From a virus, in the IMG/VR virus record IMGVR_UViG_3300004806_000019, positions 1 to 64,000 of that record: 64,000 bases of DNA; one strand, written 5' to 3'. The position numbers and the translations under genes are program-made. Below the pieces are notes generated by a model. It saw nothing but the letters and a program-made list of their open reading frames with translations, ran no database searches and had not been told where the DNA came from. Shown here piece after piece: positions 46,717 through 56,421 of the stretch (position 1 is its first letter; each line of letters starts with the position of its first letter).

Positions 46717-47289
46717 ATGCCAAGGTACATCTCCACACAAGGTCTTTCCCCTATAGCCATTGGCATATGTGGGAGGTGTTCGAGAAAATTCCCGCTTGCG
46801 GATCTGACGGAAGATGGAAACATTCCTGGGTTGTTAGTATGTCTTGAAGATTGGGATCGTATAGATCCGTGGAGATTGCCAGCTAGAGAGACAGAGGATA
46901 TCTCTCTTCAGAATCCCAGACCTGACGTATCACTTAGTGTCGGACCTATGAATGTCGCTATTAACCCAATGCAGCTTGTGTTAGAGGCTGACAATATGGG
47001 TAATACGGTTGAGACGAATGATACTCTTCAAGAGATCGGTTTTGGCAATTCAGTTTCTACAATTTATCCATCAACTCCATGGTTGGCAAACACGGTATAT
47101 TCAGAAGGTCAGCAAGTTACGCCAACCATAGCTACGGGGCTAACTGCTGCTGGTCAAAACATCTATATTTATGTATGTTTGTATGCCGGAACATCGGGGG
47201 TATCTGCGCCTAATTGGCCACCGAATGATGGCGCGTTGATCATTGATAATACCGTTCTTTGGAAAAATGCGGGGCTATATTTGCCATGA
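46717..47289 (+). CDS. zinc-binding neck-region protein with C-terminal carbohydrate-binding-like extension
   Basis: ICGRCSRKF...LLVCLEDWD..DPWRLP...PRPD; then W.ANT.Y..G...Y.C..AGTSG...P.WP. Confidence 0.7.
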   Translation: MPRYISTQGLSPIAIGICGRCSRKFPLADLTEDGNIPGLLVCLEDWDRIDPWRLPARETEDISLQNPRPDVSLSVGPMNVAINPMQLVLEADNMGNTVETNDTLQEIGFGNSVSTIYPSTPWLANTVYSEGQQVTPTIATGLTAAGQNIYIYVCLYAGTSGVSAPNWPPNDGALIIDNTVLWKNAGLYLP

Positions 47290-49025
47290 CATCGCCTGTT
47301 TTTATAAGCGCATTGCCAGCAGCGACTTCATGGGGGAGCGGTGATTATACGTTAGTTTCACAACAGGGCGGGATAACTAAGAAGATTGGCATAAGTGCCA
47401 TATTCACCGTTGGTACACCTGGATATACGCCAAGCGGATCTAATGCCGCACAATTCACCGGAAACTCTAATAGCTATTATCAGATATCAATTCAGAACAC
47501 GAACACAGGAACTTCTGCATCCTCAGACTTCGTGGCCACTTCTGACACTGGTAACGATGTAACTCATTATGCTGATTTTGGGATTAACAATAGTATCGGT
47601 GGCACGACGCCATTTCCCAATCCATATTCCGGATATCTCTATGTCACAGACTCTGAATTGGATTTCGGTGTTTTAGGTAATGCCGGGGTTATTAATTTCT
47701 ACGCAACCGGGGGAATGACTGCTCCTTATTATGTCGGGTCGATTAATTCTACCGGGCTTAATAATATGGCGATTGGTAATGCAACGCCATCCACAGGGAA
47801 ATTCACGACTCTTTCTGCATCTGGGAATGTTACGGGTAGCCAGCTTGTTTCAACGATCTCTGGTCAGCCGCCGCTGGTTGTTGGTTCTACCTCACAAGTT
47901 GCAAACTTAAATGCTCAATATCTTGGCGGATATCTTCCGTCGTCATTTGCCAACGTCACGCTTCCAAACACATGGATGCAAACGCAGACCTTTGCAGATG
48001 GCGGGGCTTGGAGTTCGACGGGGATACTTACGACCTATGCAGATATAGGTAACATGGGGACAGAAGGATCAAGCATCCTTCTAAATGGCGCGACTTATAC
48101 TGCCGTCCTTAAAGCCTCTGATATTGGGGCGATGAATCCTGTTCAAGAGATTCTGCATCGTCATTCGACTTCGTTAGAACCTATTTTCATGGGTGCTCGG
48201 AGTAACTCAGATACATCGGCTCATGCGAATGTAACGAATGGACAGAATGTTCTGACGTTTATGGGATCTGGGTATGCTGGAACTAACGGATATGAGCAAT
48301 TTGCCAGCATAAACTTTGCTGTATCCAGTACGGGATCTATCAGCAATTCGTCATCTCCTGGCGCGATTAAGTTCAATACGACGCCAAATGGCAATAACTT
48401 CCCTGTGACGGCGGTAACGATAGACCAAGATCAAAGCGTGACATTATCAGGGGCATTCAAACTTCCTGGTGGCACATTTTCTATTGGCGGCAACACGACC
48501 TTCTCTGGGGCATATACCTTTACTGGGACGGTGACGAATAATACGACGGTGACGTTCCCAACAACGGGGACATTGTTAACGACCACAGGCTCTGGTTCGT
48601 CTCTGACCTTCGGGACAGGTTCTCTGTCGCTTGCTGGAAACCTGACAACCTCTGGCGCTTACAACATCGGCTTTACGATGCCGGGGGCTTATACCTACAC
48701 GTTCCCATCATCGACAAGCACTCTTGCTATTCTTGGTGCTAACACGTTTACAGGGAAGCAAACGACGGTTGCCAGCGCCAGTGGTGCTGCTGGCCTTAAT
48801 CTTCCTCCTGGTGCGGCCCCATCGGCGCCAGTTAATGGCGACATTTGGACAACGACAGCGGGTATTTACGTACAGATAAATGGTGGTACAGTTGGCCCAC
48901 TTTCTGCGGGTGGAAGTGCTATCACTGCCCTTACCGGCGATGTGACAGCTTCTGGAAGTGGTAGTGTTGCGGCTGCATTGGCATTGACGCCACAGACAGA
49001 GTTAATATCGTTATGGTTGAGGTGA
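47286..49025 (+). CDS. putative tail fibre/spike protein
   Basis: S/T/G/N-rich, ASSDFVAT.D, V.ST.QVANLNA, P.APVNGDIW, LTGDVT modules. Confidence 0.7.
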   Translation: MTSPVFISALPAATSWGSGDYTLVSQQGGITKKIGISAIFTVGTPGYTPSGSNAAQFTGNSNSYYQISIQNTNTGTSASSDFVATSDTGNDVTHYADFGINNSIGGTTPFPNPYSGYLYVTDSELDFGVLGNAGVINFYATGGMTAPYYVGSINSTGLNNMAIGNATPSTGKFTTLSASGNVTGSQLVSTISGQPPLVVGSTSQVANLNAQYLGGYLPSSFANVTLPNTWMQTQTFADGGAWSSTGILTTYADIGNMGTEGSSILLNGATYTAVLKASDIGAMNPVQEILHRHSTSLEPIFMGARSNSDTSAHANVTNGQNVLTFMGSGYAGTNGYEQFASINFAVSSTGSISNSSSPGAIKFNTTPNGNNFPVTAVTIDQDQSVTLSGAFKLPGGTFSIGGNTTFSGAYTFTGTVTNNTTVTFPTTGTLLTTTGSGSSLTFGTGSLSLAGNLTTSGAYNIGFTMPGAYTYTFPSSTSTLAILGANTFTGKQTTVASASGAAGLNLPPGAAPSAPVNGDIWTTTAGIYVQINGGTVGPLSAGGSAITALTGDVTASGSGSVAAALALTPQTELISLWLR

Positions 49026-49029
49026 TAGC

Positions 49030-49383
49030 ATGGCTTCTTTAACTAAGATTGTTTTAAGTGGCGCGACTTACGGGGCGCCGATTCCTGTTGCGGGAACAAC
49101 GATAACATCGCCTACGACGATCCACACTTCGATTAATACGACAACTGCGGGGTTGGGTGATGAGGTCGTTCTCTACTGTGCAAACGTCGATACCGTTTCG
49201 CATACGTTGACGCTTGGAATCGGTGGGACGGTGACGGCTAACTTGGCTTATTTCATCGTTGCAGCGAATACAACGGCCCAAGTTCTTCCGGGGCATCTGC
49301 TTCTAAATGCACAGATTTTATATGCCGTGTGTGACGTGACAAATAAAATGAATGTGTTTGGCTACTGCATTAGGTCTTCGTGA
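49030..49383 (+). CDS. small tail-associated protein
   Basis: LSGATYG.PI.V, TTIHT, DEV.LY..N. Confidence 0.7.
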   Translation: MASLTKIVLSGATYGAPIPVAGTTITSPTTIHTSINTTTAGLGDEVVLYCANVDTVSHTLTLGIGGTVTANLAYFIVAANTTAQVLPGHLLLNAQILYAVCDVTNKMNVFGYCIRSS

Positions 49384-49454
49384 GTCATTATGGACGAACT
49401 CTCTCTACAATATGCGGCATCACGCCTTTATAGCAAACAATATGGGGGTTTGCT

Positions 49455-50114
49455 ATGGCTACTAGCGTAACCTACAATACTCTGGTTCAGGACGTTCAGG
49501 CATATCTGGAGCGTGGCGCATCCTCTACGACTGATGCAACGGTTACGGCGCAGATCCCAAGGCTTATCAACGCAGCAGAGCGCAAGCTGGCTCAAATCCT
49601 CAAGCTTCTAGGTCAGATTGAGGTTTTATCTGACGTAACAGGACTCACTCCGGGGAATCCCGTTATTCCAAAGCCTGACAGGTGGCGCCAGACTGTATCT
49701 ATGAATTATGGGGCAAGCTCGGATTCTAACTTTAGAACGCCCTTGTTTCCTAGAAGCTATGAATATTGCAGAACATATTGGCCGGATGACTCCCTGACTT
49801 CTCCGCCAAAGTTTTACGCTGACTATGGGTATACATCGTGGCTTATCGTCCCGACGCCTGATGTCACCTACCCCTTGGAGATCACTTGCTATATGCAGCC
49901 TCCTTTGTTGGATGCGAATAACCAATCTAACTTTTGGACGATATATTGCCCGAATGCTCTCCTTTATGGGACACTGGTTGAGGCAATGCCCTTCCTGAAG
50001 AATGATGAACGTATTCCTGTTTGGGAAAATATGTATAAGGCGGAGATCGCCACATTAAGCGGTCAGGATCTGCAACGGCAAATGGACCGGGCATCAGAGC
50101 GGAGGACCGTCTAA
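49455..50114 (+). CDS. tail tubular/adaptor protein (T7 gp11/P22 gp4-like role)
   Basis: TYNTL..DV.AYLER, IP..IN.AE, PKFYA, PTPD..Y, LLYGTLVEA.PFLK. Confidence 0.75.
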   Translation: MATSVTYNTLVQDVQAYLERGASSTTDATVTAQIPRLINAAERKLAQILKLLGQIEVLSDVTGLTPGNPVIPKPDRWRQTVSMNYGASSDSNFRTPLFPRSYEYCRTYWPDDSLTSPPKFYADYGYTSWLIVPTPDVTYPLEITCYMQPPLLDANNQSNFWTIYCPNALLYGTLVEAMPFLKNDERIPVWENMYKAEIATLSGQDLQRQMDRASERRTV

Positions 50115-50984
50115 ATGGCTGGGGGAAATTTTACAAATGTCTTCGGCGGTCAGGTAGTCCGACCTTCTCAATTGAGTTATCAGTCTATAACGATGTCGAG
50201 CAATACGACCTTGTTATGGCCTACAGAGAGTTTGGAAGGCGCGGTTTATGTTGCCTCTGAAATCGATGTGACTGCAACGGCAACGCATTTGGCTTTGCTA
50301 ATGCCGAGTGCTTTGATTGCAGCAACGGGACCGGCGACGACGATAACGAATGTCGGAACGAATACCTTCTCTGTTGCAGATAATACGGGGAACACAATCG
50401 TTAACATCGCTAGTGGTCAGGCTTGGATTATCACTCTCACGTCTAATACGACACAAGCGGGGACGTGGAGAACTTTACAGTTAGGATCAACGACGACTTC
50501 GGCGGTGGCTTCTCAGTTGGCCGATGGGATTACGACTCAAGCCACAACACTGAACACGCTTCAGGTAGCTGAGTTTGTAAATACGTATTCCAATAGTGCC
50601 TTGCTGACGGCGGCAGTAAGGGGTGGTTGTTCGGTATTGGCTTCTGGTTCTGCTGCATCGACTTTTCAGATGGATTTGATTTTTAACCTTGGGGCTGGCT
50701 GGTATCAGGACATCGTAAATTTGAGTGGCAATACGTTGACTTTGTCGGGGTCATCGGGGCAGTTATTAAACTCGGCGCCGACCTTTGCGATGAGTGCTGG
50801 ATCTTCAGCTAGGGTAATTGCGGGGGCATCATCGTTTACGGTTATCAACAATGTGAATGTGTCTGCGTTTGGTGTGGTAAATTCTGTTTTAGGGGGCAGC
50901 GGTATTCTTGCTTCAGGATCTACCGTGATAACTGTAAGTGTGATTGATAACTACATGGAGTTGGCGCCGATATGGTGGCGCTAG
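50115..50984 (+). CDS. putative tail fibre-associated protein
   Basis: FTNVFGG..V.PS..SY, L.WP; S/T-rich; C-terminal PIWWR resembles SLWLR of 47286-49025. Confidence 0.7.
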   Translation: MAGGNFTNVFGGQVVRPSQLSYQSITMSSNTTLLWPTESLEGAVYVASEIDVTATATHLALLMPSALIAATGPATTITNVGTNTFSVADNTGNTIVNIASGQAWIITLTSNTTQAGTWRTLQLGSTTTSAVASQLADGITTQATTLNTLQVAEFVNTYSNSALLTAAVRGGCSVLASGSAASTFQMDLIFNLGAGWYQDIVNLSGNTLTLSGSSGQLLNSAPTFAMSAGSSARVIAGASSFTVINNVNVSAFGVVNSVLGGSGILASGSTVITVSVIDNYMELAPIWWR

Positions 50985-51008
50985 GATAGATAGATAAAGG
51001 TAACGGTT

Positions 51009-51395
51009 ATGAGTGATCGTCAGATAGGTCTGAATGTAGTCTTAGGACAACCGATAGCCAGCGTTGGCGTCAACGGTGTCGGCTACCTGAGCATTCCCCA
51101 GAACTCTCAGAACGCCGGTTATACCTGTGTCCTTGGTGACGCGGGGTATCACATCTATATGGCGACGGCGGGGACATTCACGATCCCGTCAAACGCGAGT
51201 GTGGCCTATCCGATTGGAACGGTGATTGCCTTCGTTAACCTGTCAGCATCCTCCAGCATCGCCATCACATCCGATACGATGTACCTGATGGGGTCTGGGT
51301 CTACCGGTACACGTACTCTAGCCCAATACGGCTGTGCGACGGCGCTAAAGACCGGCACAACCACATGGATCATCTCTGGTACAGGGTTAACTTGA
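51009..51395 (+). CDS. tail fibre distal/connector protein
   Basis: IPQNSQ...YT.VL.DAG, TIP.NASVAYPIGT, W.ISG.GLT. Confidence 0.7.
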   Translation: MSDRQIGLNVVLGQPIASVGVNGVGYLSIPQNSQNAGYTCVLGDAGYHIYMATAGTFTIPSNASVAYPIGTVIAFVNLSASSSIAITSDTMYLMGSGSTGTRTLAQYGCATALKTGTTTWIISGTGLT

Positions 51396-51396
51396 T

Positions 51397-54300
51397 ATGT
51401 CAGGGGTAACTTCCGCATTACTCTGGGGCGGCAAAGCACCGGCAGCAGTGGGTCTGTTGGCGTGGGGGAATAATTCTTATGGTCAGCTAGGTCTTGGGAA
51501 TACGACTTATTATTCAAGTCCTAAACAAGTTGGAGCGTTAACAAACTGGTCTAGCATTGTTGGTGGCGCCTATCATGGTGTTTCTATAAAGTCTGATGGC
51601 ACTCTATGGGCGTGGGGATTAAATCAATATGGTCAATTAGGTTTAGGAAATAGAACTTATTATTCCTCTCCAAAGCAAATCGGCGCTTTAACGAATTGGT
51701 CAAAAGTTGCTTGTGGCGGAAGGTTTACGACGGCCATTAAAACTGACGGAACCCTATGGACTTGGGGGTTTAATAATAATGGTCAACTTGGTTTAGGAAA
51801 TAGAACTTATTATTCTTCTCCAAAGCAAATCGGAGCTTTAACTAATTGGTTAAAAGTCGCTTGTGGGTACTATCACACAATAGCGATAAAAACAGACGGA
51901 ACACTATGGACTTGGGGACTAAATCAATATGGTCAGTTAGGTTTAGGAAATATCACGAATTATTCTTCTCCGAAACAAGTTGGATTATTAACAAACTGGT
52001 CCAGTTGCGCTGGAGGGCAATCTCATACAATTGCCATTAAAACAGATGGGACTCTATGGACTTGGGGGTGGAACATTTTTGGTCAATTAGGGCTTGGAAA
52101 CATTACGAATTATTCTTCTCCGAAACAAGTCGGCTTATTAACAAACTGGTCCAGTTGCGCTGGAGGGCATTATCATATAGTGGCAATTAAAACAGACGGC
52201 ACCTTGTGGTCCTGGGGAAGAAACAATTTTGGTCAATTAGGGCTTGGAAACATTACGAATTATTCTTCTCCGAAACAAGTCGGCTTATTAACAAACTGGT
52301 CTAGTTGCTCTGGAGGGCAATATCATACAGTTGCCATTAAAACAGATGGGACTCTATGGACTTGGGGGTGGAACATTTTTGGTCAGCTTGGTTTAGGAAA
52401 TATAACTTATTATTCCTCTCCAAAACAAGTTGGATCTCTTACTTCATGGGTAAAAGTCGCTTGTGGTTTTAACCAAACCCTCGCCATAGGCCGCCCCGTC
52501 CCCGTTGGCCTGATGTCGTGGGGGTATAATGGTTCTGGGCAGTTAGGTTTAGGAAATACGACTTATTATTCCAGTCCTAAAGCTGTGGGACAGTTGACGA
52601 ACTGGTCAAAAATAGCAACAGGTAATACTTTTGTAGCTATAAAAACTGATGGGACACTTTGGGTTGGGGGATGGAATAATAATGGTCAATTAGGGCTTGG
52701 AAACATCACTTATTATTCTTCGCCTAAACAGGTTGGGGCATTGACTAACTGGTCTAGTGTGGCTTGCGGTCAATCCTCTACGGCAGCAATTAAAACTGAC
52801 GGCACCTTGTGGTCCTGGGGAGGGAATCAATACGGTCAACTTGGTCTTGGAAATACCACAAGCTATTCAAGCCCCAAACAGGTAGGTGGTCTAACTAACT
52901 GGTTGGCTCTCGCTTGTGGTGAATACTTTGCTATTGCCACCAAGACTGATGGCACATTATGGGCGTGGGGGCAGAATAATAGCGGTCAGTTAGGTCTTGG
53001 GAACAGAACCCATTATTCTTCTCCTAAACAAATAGGCGCTTTAACAAATTGGTTAAGTGTTGCCTGTGGGAACTATTACGTTTTATCAATTAAGACTGAT
53101 GGATCTCTATGGGCTTGGGGTCAAAATAACTATGGTCAATTAGGGCTTGGAAATCAGACTTATTATTCTAGTCCCAAGCAAGTCGGTGGCCTGACGAATT
53201 GGTTAAAAGCTGTCCCTGGTGGTGGATACTTTGCTATTGCCACCAAGACTGATGGAACTTTATGGGCTTGGGGAAACAACCGATACGGCTCGTTAGGTCT
53301 TGGGAACATTACGAATTATTCTTCTCCAAAGCAAATCGGAGCTTTAACTAATTGGTTAAAAGTCGCTTGTGGGAGCTATCACGTTTTATCAATTAAGACT
53401 GATGGATCTCTATGGGCTTGGGGATTAAATAATTATGGTCAATTAGGGCTTGGAAACATTACGAATTACTCCTCCCCCAAGCAAGTCGGCTCCCTCACCA
53501 CATGGCAGAACGTCGCCTGCGGGCATTTTTCTGTCCTCGCCACGATAGTCCCCGTATCGCCGGGGCTGGCGGCTTGGGGGCAGAATAATTATGGTCAGCT
53601 AGGTCTTGGGAATCGGACTTATTACTCTTCGCCTAAACAGGTTGGAGCGTTAACTAACTGGTCTAGCATTGCTGGCGGCATCTCTCATGTTGTTTCTATA
53701 AAGTCTGATGGAACCTTGTGGGCGTGGGGGGCTAATAACAATGGTCAGCTAGGTCTTGGGAATCGGACTTATTATTCAAGTCCTAAACAAGTTGGCGTTT
53801 TAACGAATTGGTCAAAAGTCGCTTGTGGGTACCTTAGCACAATGGCGATAAAAACTGACGGAACCTTGTGGGCATGGGGTCAAAATGCCCTTGGACAATT
53901 AGGGCTTGGGACCATTACGAATTATTCTTCTCCAAAGCAAATCGGAGCTTTAACTAATTGGTTAAAAGTCGCTTGTGGGTACTATCACACAATAGCGATA
54001 AAAACAGACGGCACTTTATGGACTTGGGGGTATAACTACTATGGTCAGTTAGGTTTAGGAAATATAACTTATTATTCCTCTCCGAAACAAGTCGGCTTAT
54101 TAACAAACTGGTCCAGTTGCGCTGGATGGCAGTATTTTACAGTTGCCACCAAAACAGATGGCACTTTATGGACTTGGGGTCAAAATGCCTATGGTCAATT
54201 AGGGCTCGGAAACATTACGAATTATTCTTCTCCAAAGCAGGTTGGAGCGTTAACTAACTGGTCTAGCATTGCTGGCGGCATCTCTCATGTTGTTTCTATA

Positions 54301-54618
54301 AAGTCTGATGGAACCTTGTGGTCCTGGGGGTATAATAACTTAGGTCAGTTAGGTTTAGGGAATCGGACTTATTATTCAAGTCCTAAACAAGTTGGCGTTT
54401 TAACGAATTGGTCAAGCGTTGCTTGTGGCGGAAGGTTTACGACGACCATTAAAACTGACGGAACCTTGTGGGCATGGGGTCAAAATGCCTATGGTCAATT
54501 AGGGCTCGGAAACATTACGAATTATTCTTCTCCAAAGCAAATCGGAGCTTTAACTAATTGGTTAAAAGTCGCTTGTGGTGGATATACTACCATCGCCACC
54601 TTTGGGGTAATGACGTAA
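51397..54618 (+). CDS. RCC1/BLIP-II repeat protein, three 7-bladed beta-propellers (putative receptor-binding protein)
   Basis: 21 repeats of about 50 aa (LW.WG.N..GQLGLGN.T.YSSPKQVG.LTNW......H..AIKTDG), broken after repeats 7 and 14 by Pro linkers. Confidence 0.92.
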   Translation: MSGVTSALLWGGKAPAAVGLLAWGNNSYGQLGLGNTTYYSSPKQVGALTNWSSIVGGAYHGVSIKSDGTLWAWGLNQYGQLGLGNRTYYSSPKQIGALTNWSKVACGGRFTTAIKTDGTLWTWGFNNNGQLGLGNRTYYSSPKQIGALTNWLKVACGYYHTIAIKTDGTLWTWGLNQYGQLGLGNITNYSSPKQVGLLTNWSSCAGGQSHTIAIKTDGTLWTWGWNIFGQLGLGNITNYSSPKQVGLLTNWSSCAGGHYHIVAIKTDGTLWSWGRNNFGQLGLGNITNYSSPKQVGLLTNWSSCSGGQYHTVAIKTDGTLWTWGWNIFGQLGLGNITYYSSPKQVGSLTSWVKVACGFNQTLAIGRPVPVGLMSWGYNGSGQLGLGNTTYYSSPKAVGQLTNWSKIATGNTFVAIKTDGTLWVGGWNNNGQLGLGNITYYSSPKQVGALTNWSSVACGQSSTAAIKTDGTLWSWGGNQYGQLGLGNTTSYSSPKQVGGLTNWLALACGEYFAIATKTDGTLWAWGQNNSGQLGLGNRTHYSSPKQIGALTNWLSVACGNYYVLSIKTDGSLWAWGQNNYGQLGLGNQTYYSSPKQVGGLTNWLKAVPGGGYFAIATKTDGTLWAWGNNRYGSLGLGNITNYSSPKQIGALTNWLKVACGSYHVLSIKTDGSLWAWGLNNYGQLGLGNITNYSSPKQVGSLTTWQNVACGHFSVLATIVPVSPGLAAWGQNNYGQLGLGNRTYYSSPKQVGALTNWSSIAGGISHVVSIKSDGTLWAWGANNNGQLGLGNRTYYSSPKQVGVLTNWSKVACGYLSTMAIKTDGTLWAWGQNALGQLGLGTITNYSSPKQIGALTNWLKVACGYYHTIAIKTDGTLWTWGYNYYGQLGLGNITYYSSPKQVGLLTNWSSCAGWQYFTVATKTDGTLWTWGQNAYGQLGLGNITNYSSPKQVGALTNWSSIAGGISHVVSIKSDGTLWSWGYNNLGQLGLGNRTYYSSPKQVGVLTNWSSVACGGRFTTTIKTDGTLWAWGQNAYGQLGLGNITNYSSPKQIGALTNWLKVACGGYTTIATFGVMT

Positions 54619-54636
54619 TTCAACGAAGGAGTTTTT

Positions 54637-56412
54637 ATGAACAAGACACTGCATTTCCTTAGTGGTATCCCCAGAAGTGGGAGCACTGTGTTAGCCGCCA
54701 TTCTTAATCAAAACCCGCTAACCCATGTCTCTACCACCTCTGGCCTAGTACACGCCTTGGATGGGCTTGCGAATACGTGGCACTCAGGTCCACTTCTTGT
54801 AGACAAAGACCCGGATCATAAGCAGCTTTGCGCGGCTATGCGGGGCGTGATTGACAATTTCTACACCGATACCGACAAGCCCGTCATTATCGACAAGTCA
54901 AGAGGGTGGCCGATACCGATTATTATGGGGGCGATGACGCAAGTGCTTGGGAGAAAGCCTCGTATCATTGCAACGGTCAGGTCGATCCCAGATTGCGCGG
55001 CGTCTTTCATTCGGGTTGCTAAACCCCAAGATCTGGACAAGTTCATCGCTGACGGTCAGTTGATGGAGCATCTGAAGGCGGCTTACATCTCTCTGCAAGA
55101 GGGCTGGCAGGCTGCACCAGAGAACTTCCTGATTGTTGAATATGAAGACCTGTTGGCTGATCCGAAAGAGGTCTTGAACAGGGTCCATGCTTTCCTTGGG
55201 CTTCCTGACTTCACCTATGACTTTGAGAATATCGACGGGGAGCCTGTTAAGGAAGACGACGAGAACCTTCACGGCTATGCTGGGATGCACGACATTAAGC
55301 CGAAGCTGGAACACCAGCATAAGCAGCATCCGAGAGATGTCCTGAAGGAGCATTATGGGAGCTTCTGCCAGCCTGAGTTCTGGTTGGATAAGCCCAGGAC
55401 GATCCCTGACATCTCTGATCTTGACCTCCAGCTTGTGGCGTCACGGACAGGGGACTTTGAAGAGGGTTGGCGTCTGGCGCAGAAGATGGAACGGGAGATC
55501 CCGAATAACCATCGTGCGGCTTTCAACCGTGGCTGGTATGCGCTTCGACAGGGCAAGATCCAAGAGGGCTATAAGCTGATGGAGCGCGGCAGATATGTAC
55601 AAGTCTTTGGAGATCCGCCACCGGATGCGCCAACGAAGCCTTGGGACGGTCTGGCGAAGGGCATTGTGCTATTGAACCTTGAGCATGGGCTAGGTGATCA
55701 GATCCACCAGATCCGCTTTGCCAAGCATATTGCCAAACGGGCTGGTCGGTGCGTTGTGTCTTGCGCGGGTCAATTGGCGTCCTTGTTTGTGGATGTTGAG
55801 GGGGTTTCTGCTGTCGTCCAGAAAGAGGCCAACTTCGGTATCTACCATGACTTCTACGTCCAGGGGATGAGTGCAATCCTGCCGCTTGGGTTTGAACTGC
55901 CTGACATTACGGGTGAGGCTTATATCAGGAAGCCGAATGTCATTCGTGGCAAGAAGTTCCGCATTGGCCTGCGCTGGCTTGGTTCCACTCGCTTTGAGCC
56001 GGATCATGTGAAGAGGTTCCCCCATGAACTGCTGTTCAATGCGGTCAAGGACATTCCTGACGTTGAGTTCGTAAGCCTCCAGAGGGATGAGGGTGCCGAG
56101 CATCGCCCCTATTGGTGCCGTGAGGTTCCGCTTCAGTCTTGGGAGGATACGCGCAATGCTGTCGCCTCCTGTGACTTGGTGATTTCGTCCTGCACCTCTA
56201 TCTCTCACTTGTCAGCAGCGATGGGCGTTGAGACTTGGGTTATCACGCCAATCATGCCATACCACTTATATGCGCTTGATGGCGAGAAGACTCCTTACTA
56301 TGACCATATGCGCCTGTTCAGGCAGGAAGTGTTTGGGGAGTGGGAGCATCCCTTCATCAACATAAACAAACGACTGATGGAACGGTTCAGTTCCAAGATG
56401 GCAGCGGAATAG
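54637..56412 (+). CDS. sulfotransferase fused to a GT9-like glycosyltransferase
   Basis: 5'-PSB loop SGIPRSGSTVL, IDKSRGW, 3'-PB TVRS...CAAS, VEYEDL; then a TPR-like helix, EHGLGDQI, VSLQ, DLVISSCTSISHLSAAMG, TPYY..MRLFRQ. Confidence 0.88.
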   Translation: MNKTLHFLSGIPRSGSTVLAAILNQNPLTHVSTTSGLVHALDGLANTWHSGPLLVDKDPDHKQLCAAMRGVIDNFYTDTDKPVIIDKSRGWPIPIIMGAMTQVLGRKPRIIATVRSIPDCAASFIRVAKPQDLDKFIADGQLMEHLKAAYISLQEGWQAAPENFLIVEYEDLLADPKEVLNRVHAFLGLPDFTYDFENIDGEPVKEDDENLHGYAGMHDIKPKLEHQHKQHPRDVLKEHYGSFCQPEFWLDKPRTIPDISDLDLQLVASRTGDFEEGWRLAQKMEREIPNNHRAAFNRGWYALRQGKIQEGYKLMERGRYVQVFGDPPPDAPTKPWDGLAKGIVLLNLEHGLGDQIHQIRFAKHIAKRAGRCVVSCAGQLASLFVDVEGVSAVVQKEANFGIYHDFYVQGMSAILPLGFELPDITGEAYIRKPNVIRGKKFRIGLRWLGSTRFEPDHVKRFPHELLFNAVKDIPDVEFVSLQRDEGAEHRPYWCREVPLQSWEDTRNAVASCDLVISSCTSISHLSAAMGVETWVITPIMPYHLYALDGEKTPYYDHMRLFRQEVFGEWEHPFININKRLMERFSSKMAAE

Positions 56413-56421
56413 GAGAAGAAA

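Noticed and set aside
51397-54618. Diversity-generating retroelement acting on the RCC1 gene
   Set aside because: No reverse transcriptase or non-coding template repeat in the window, and blade differences are not restricted to adenines.
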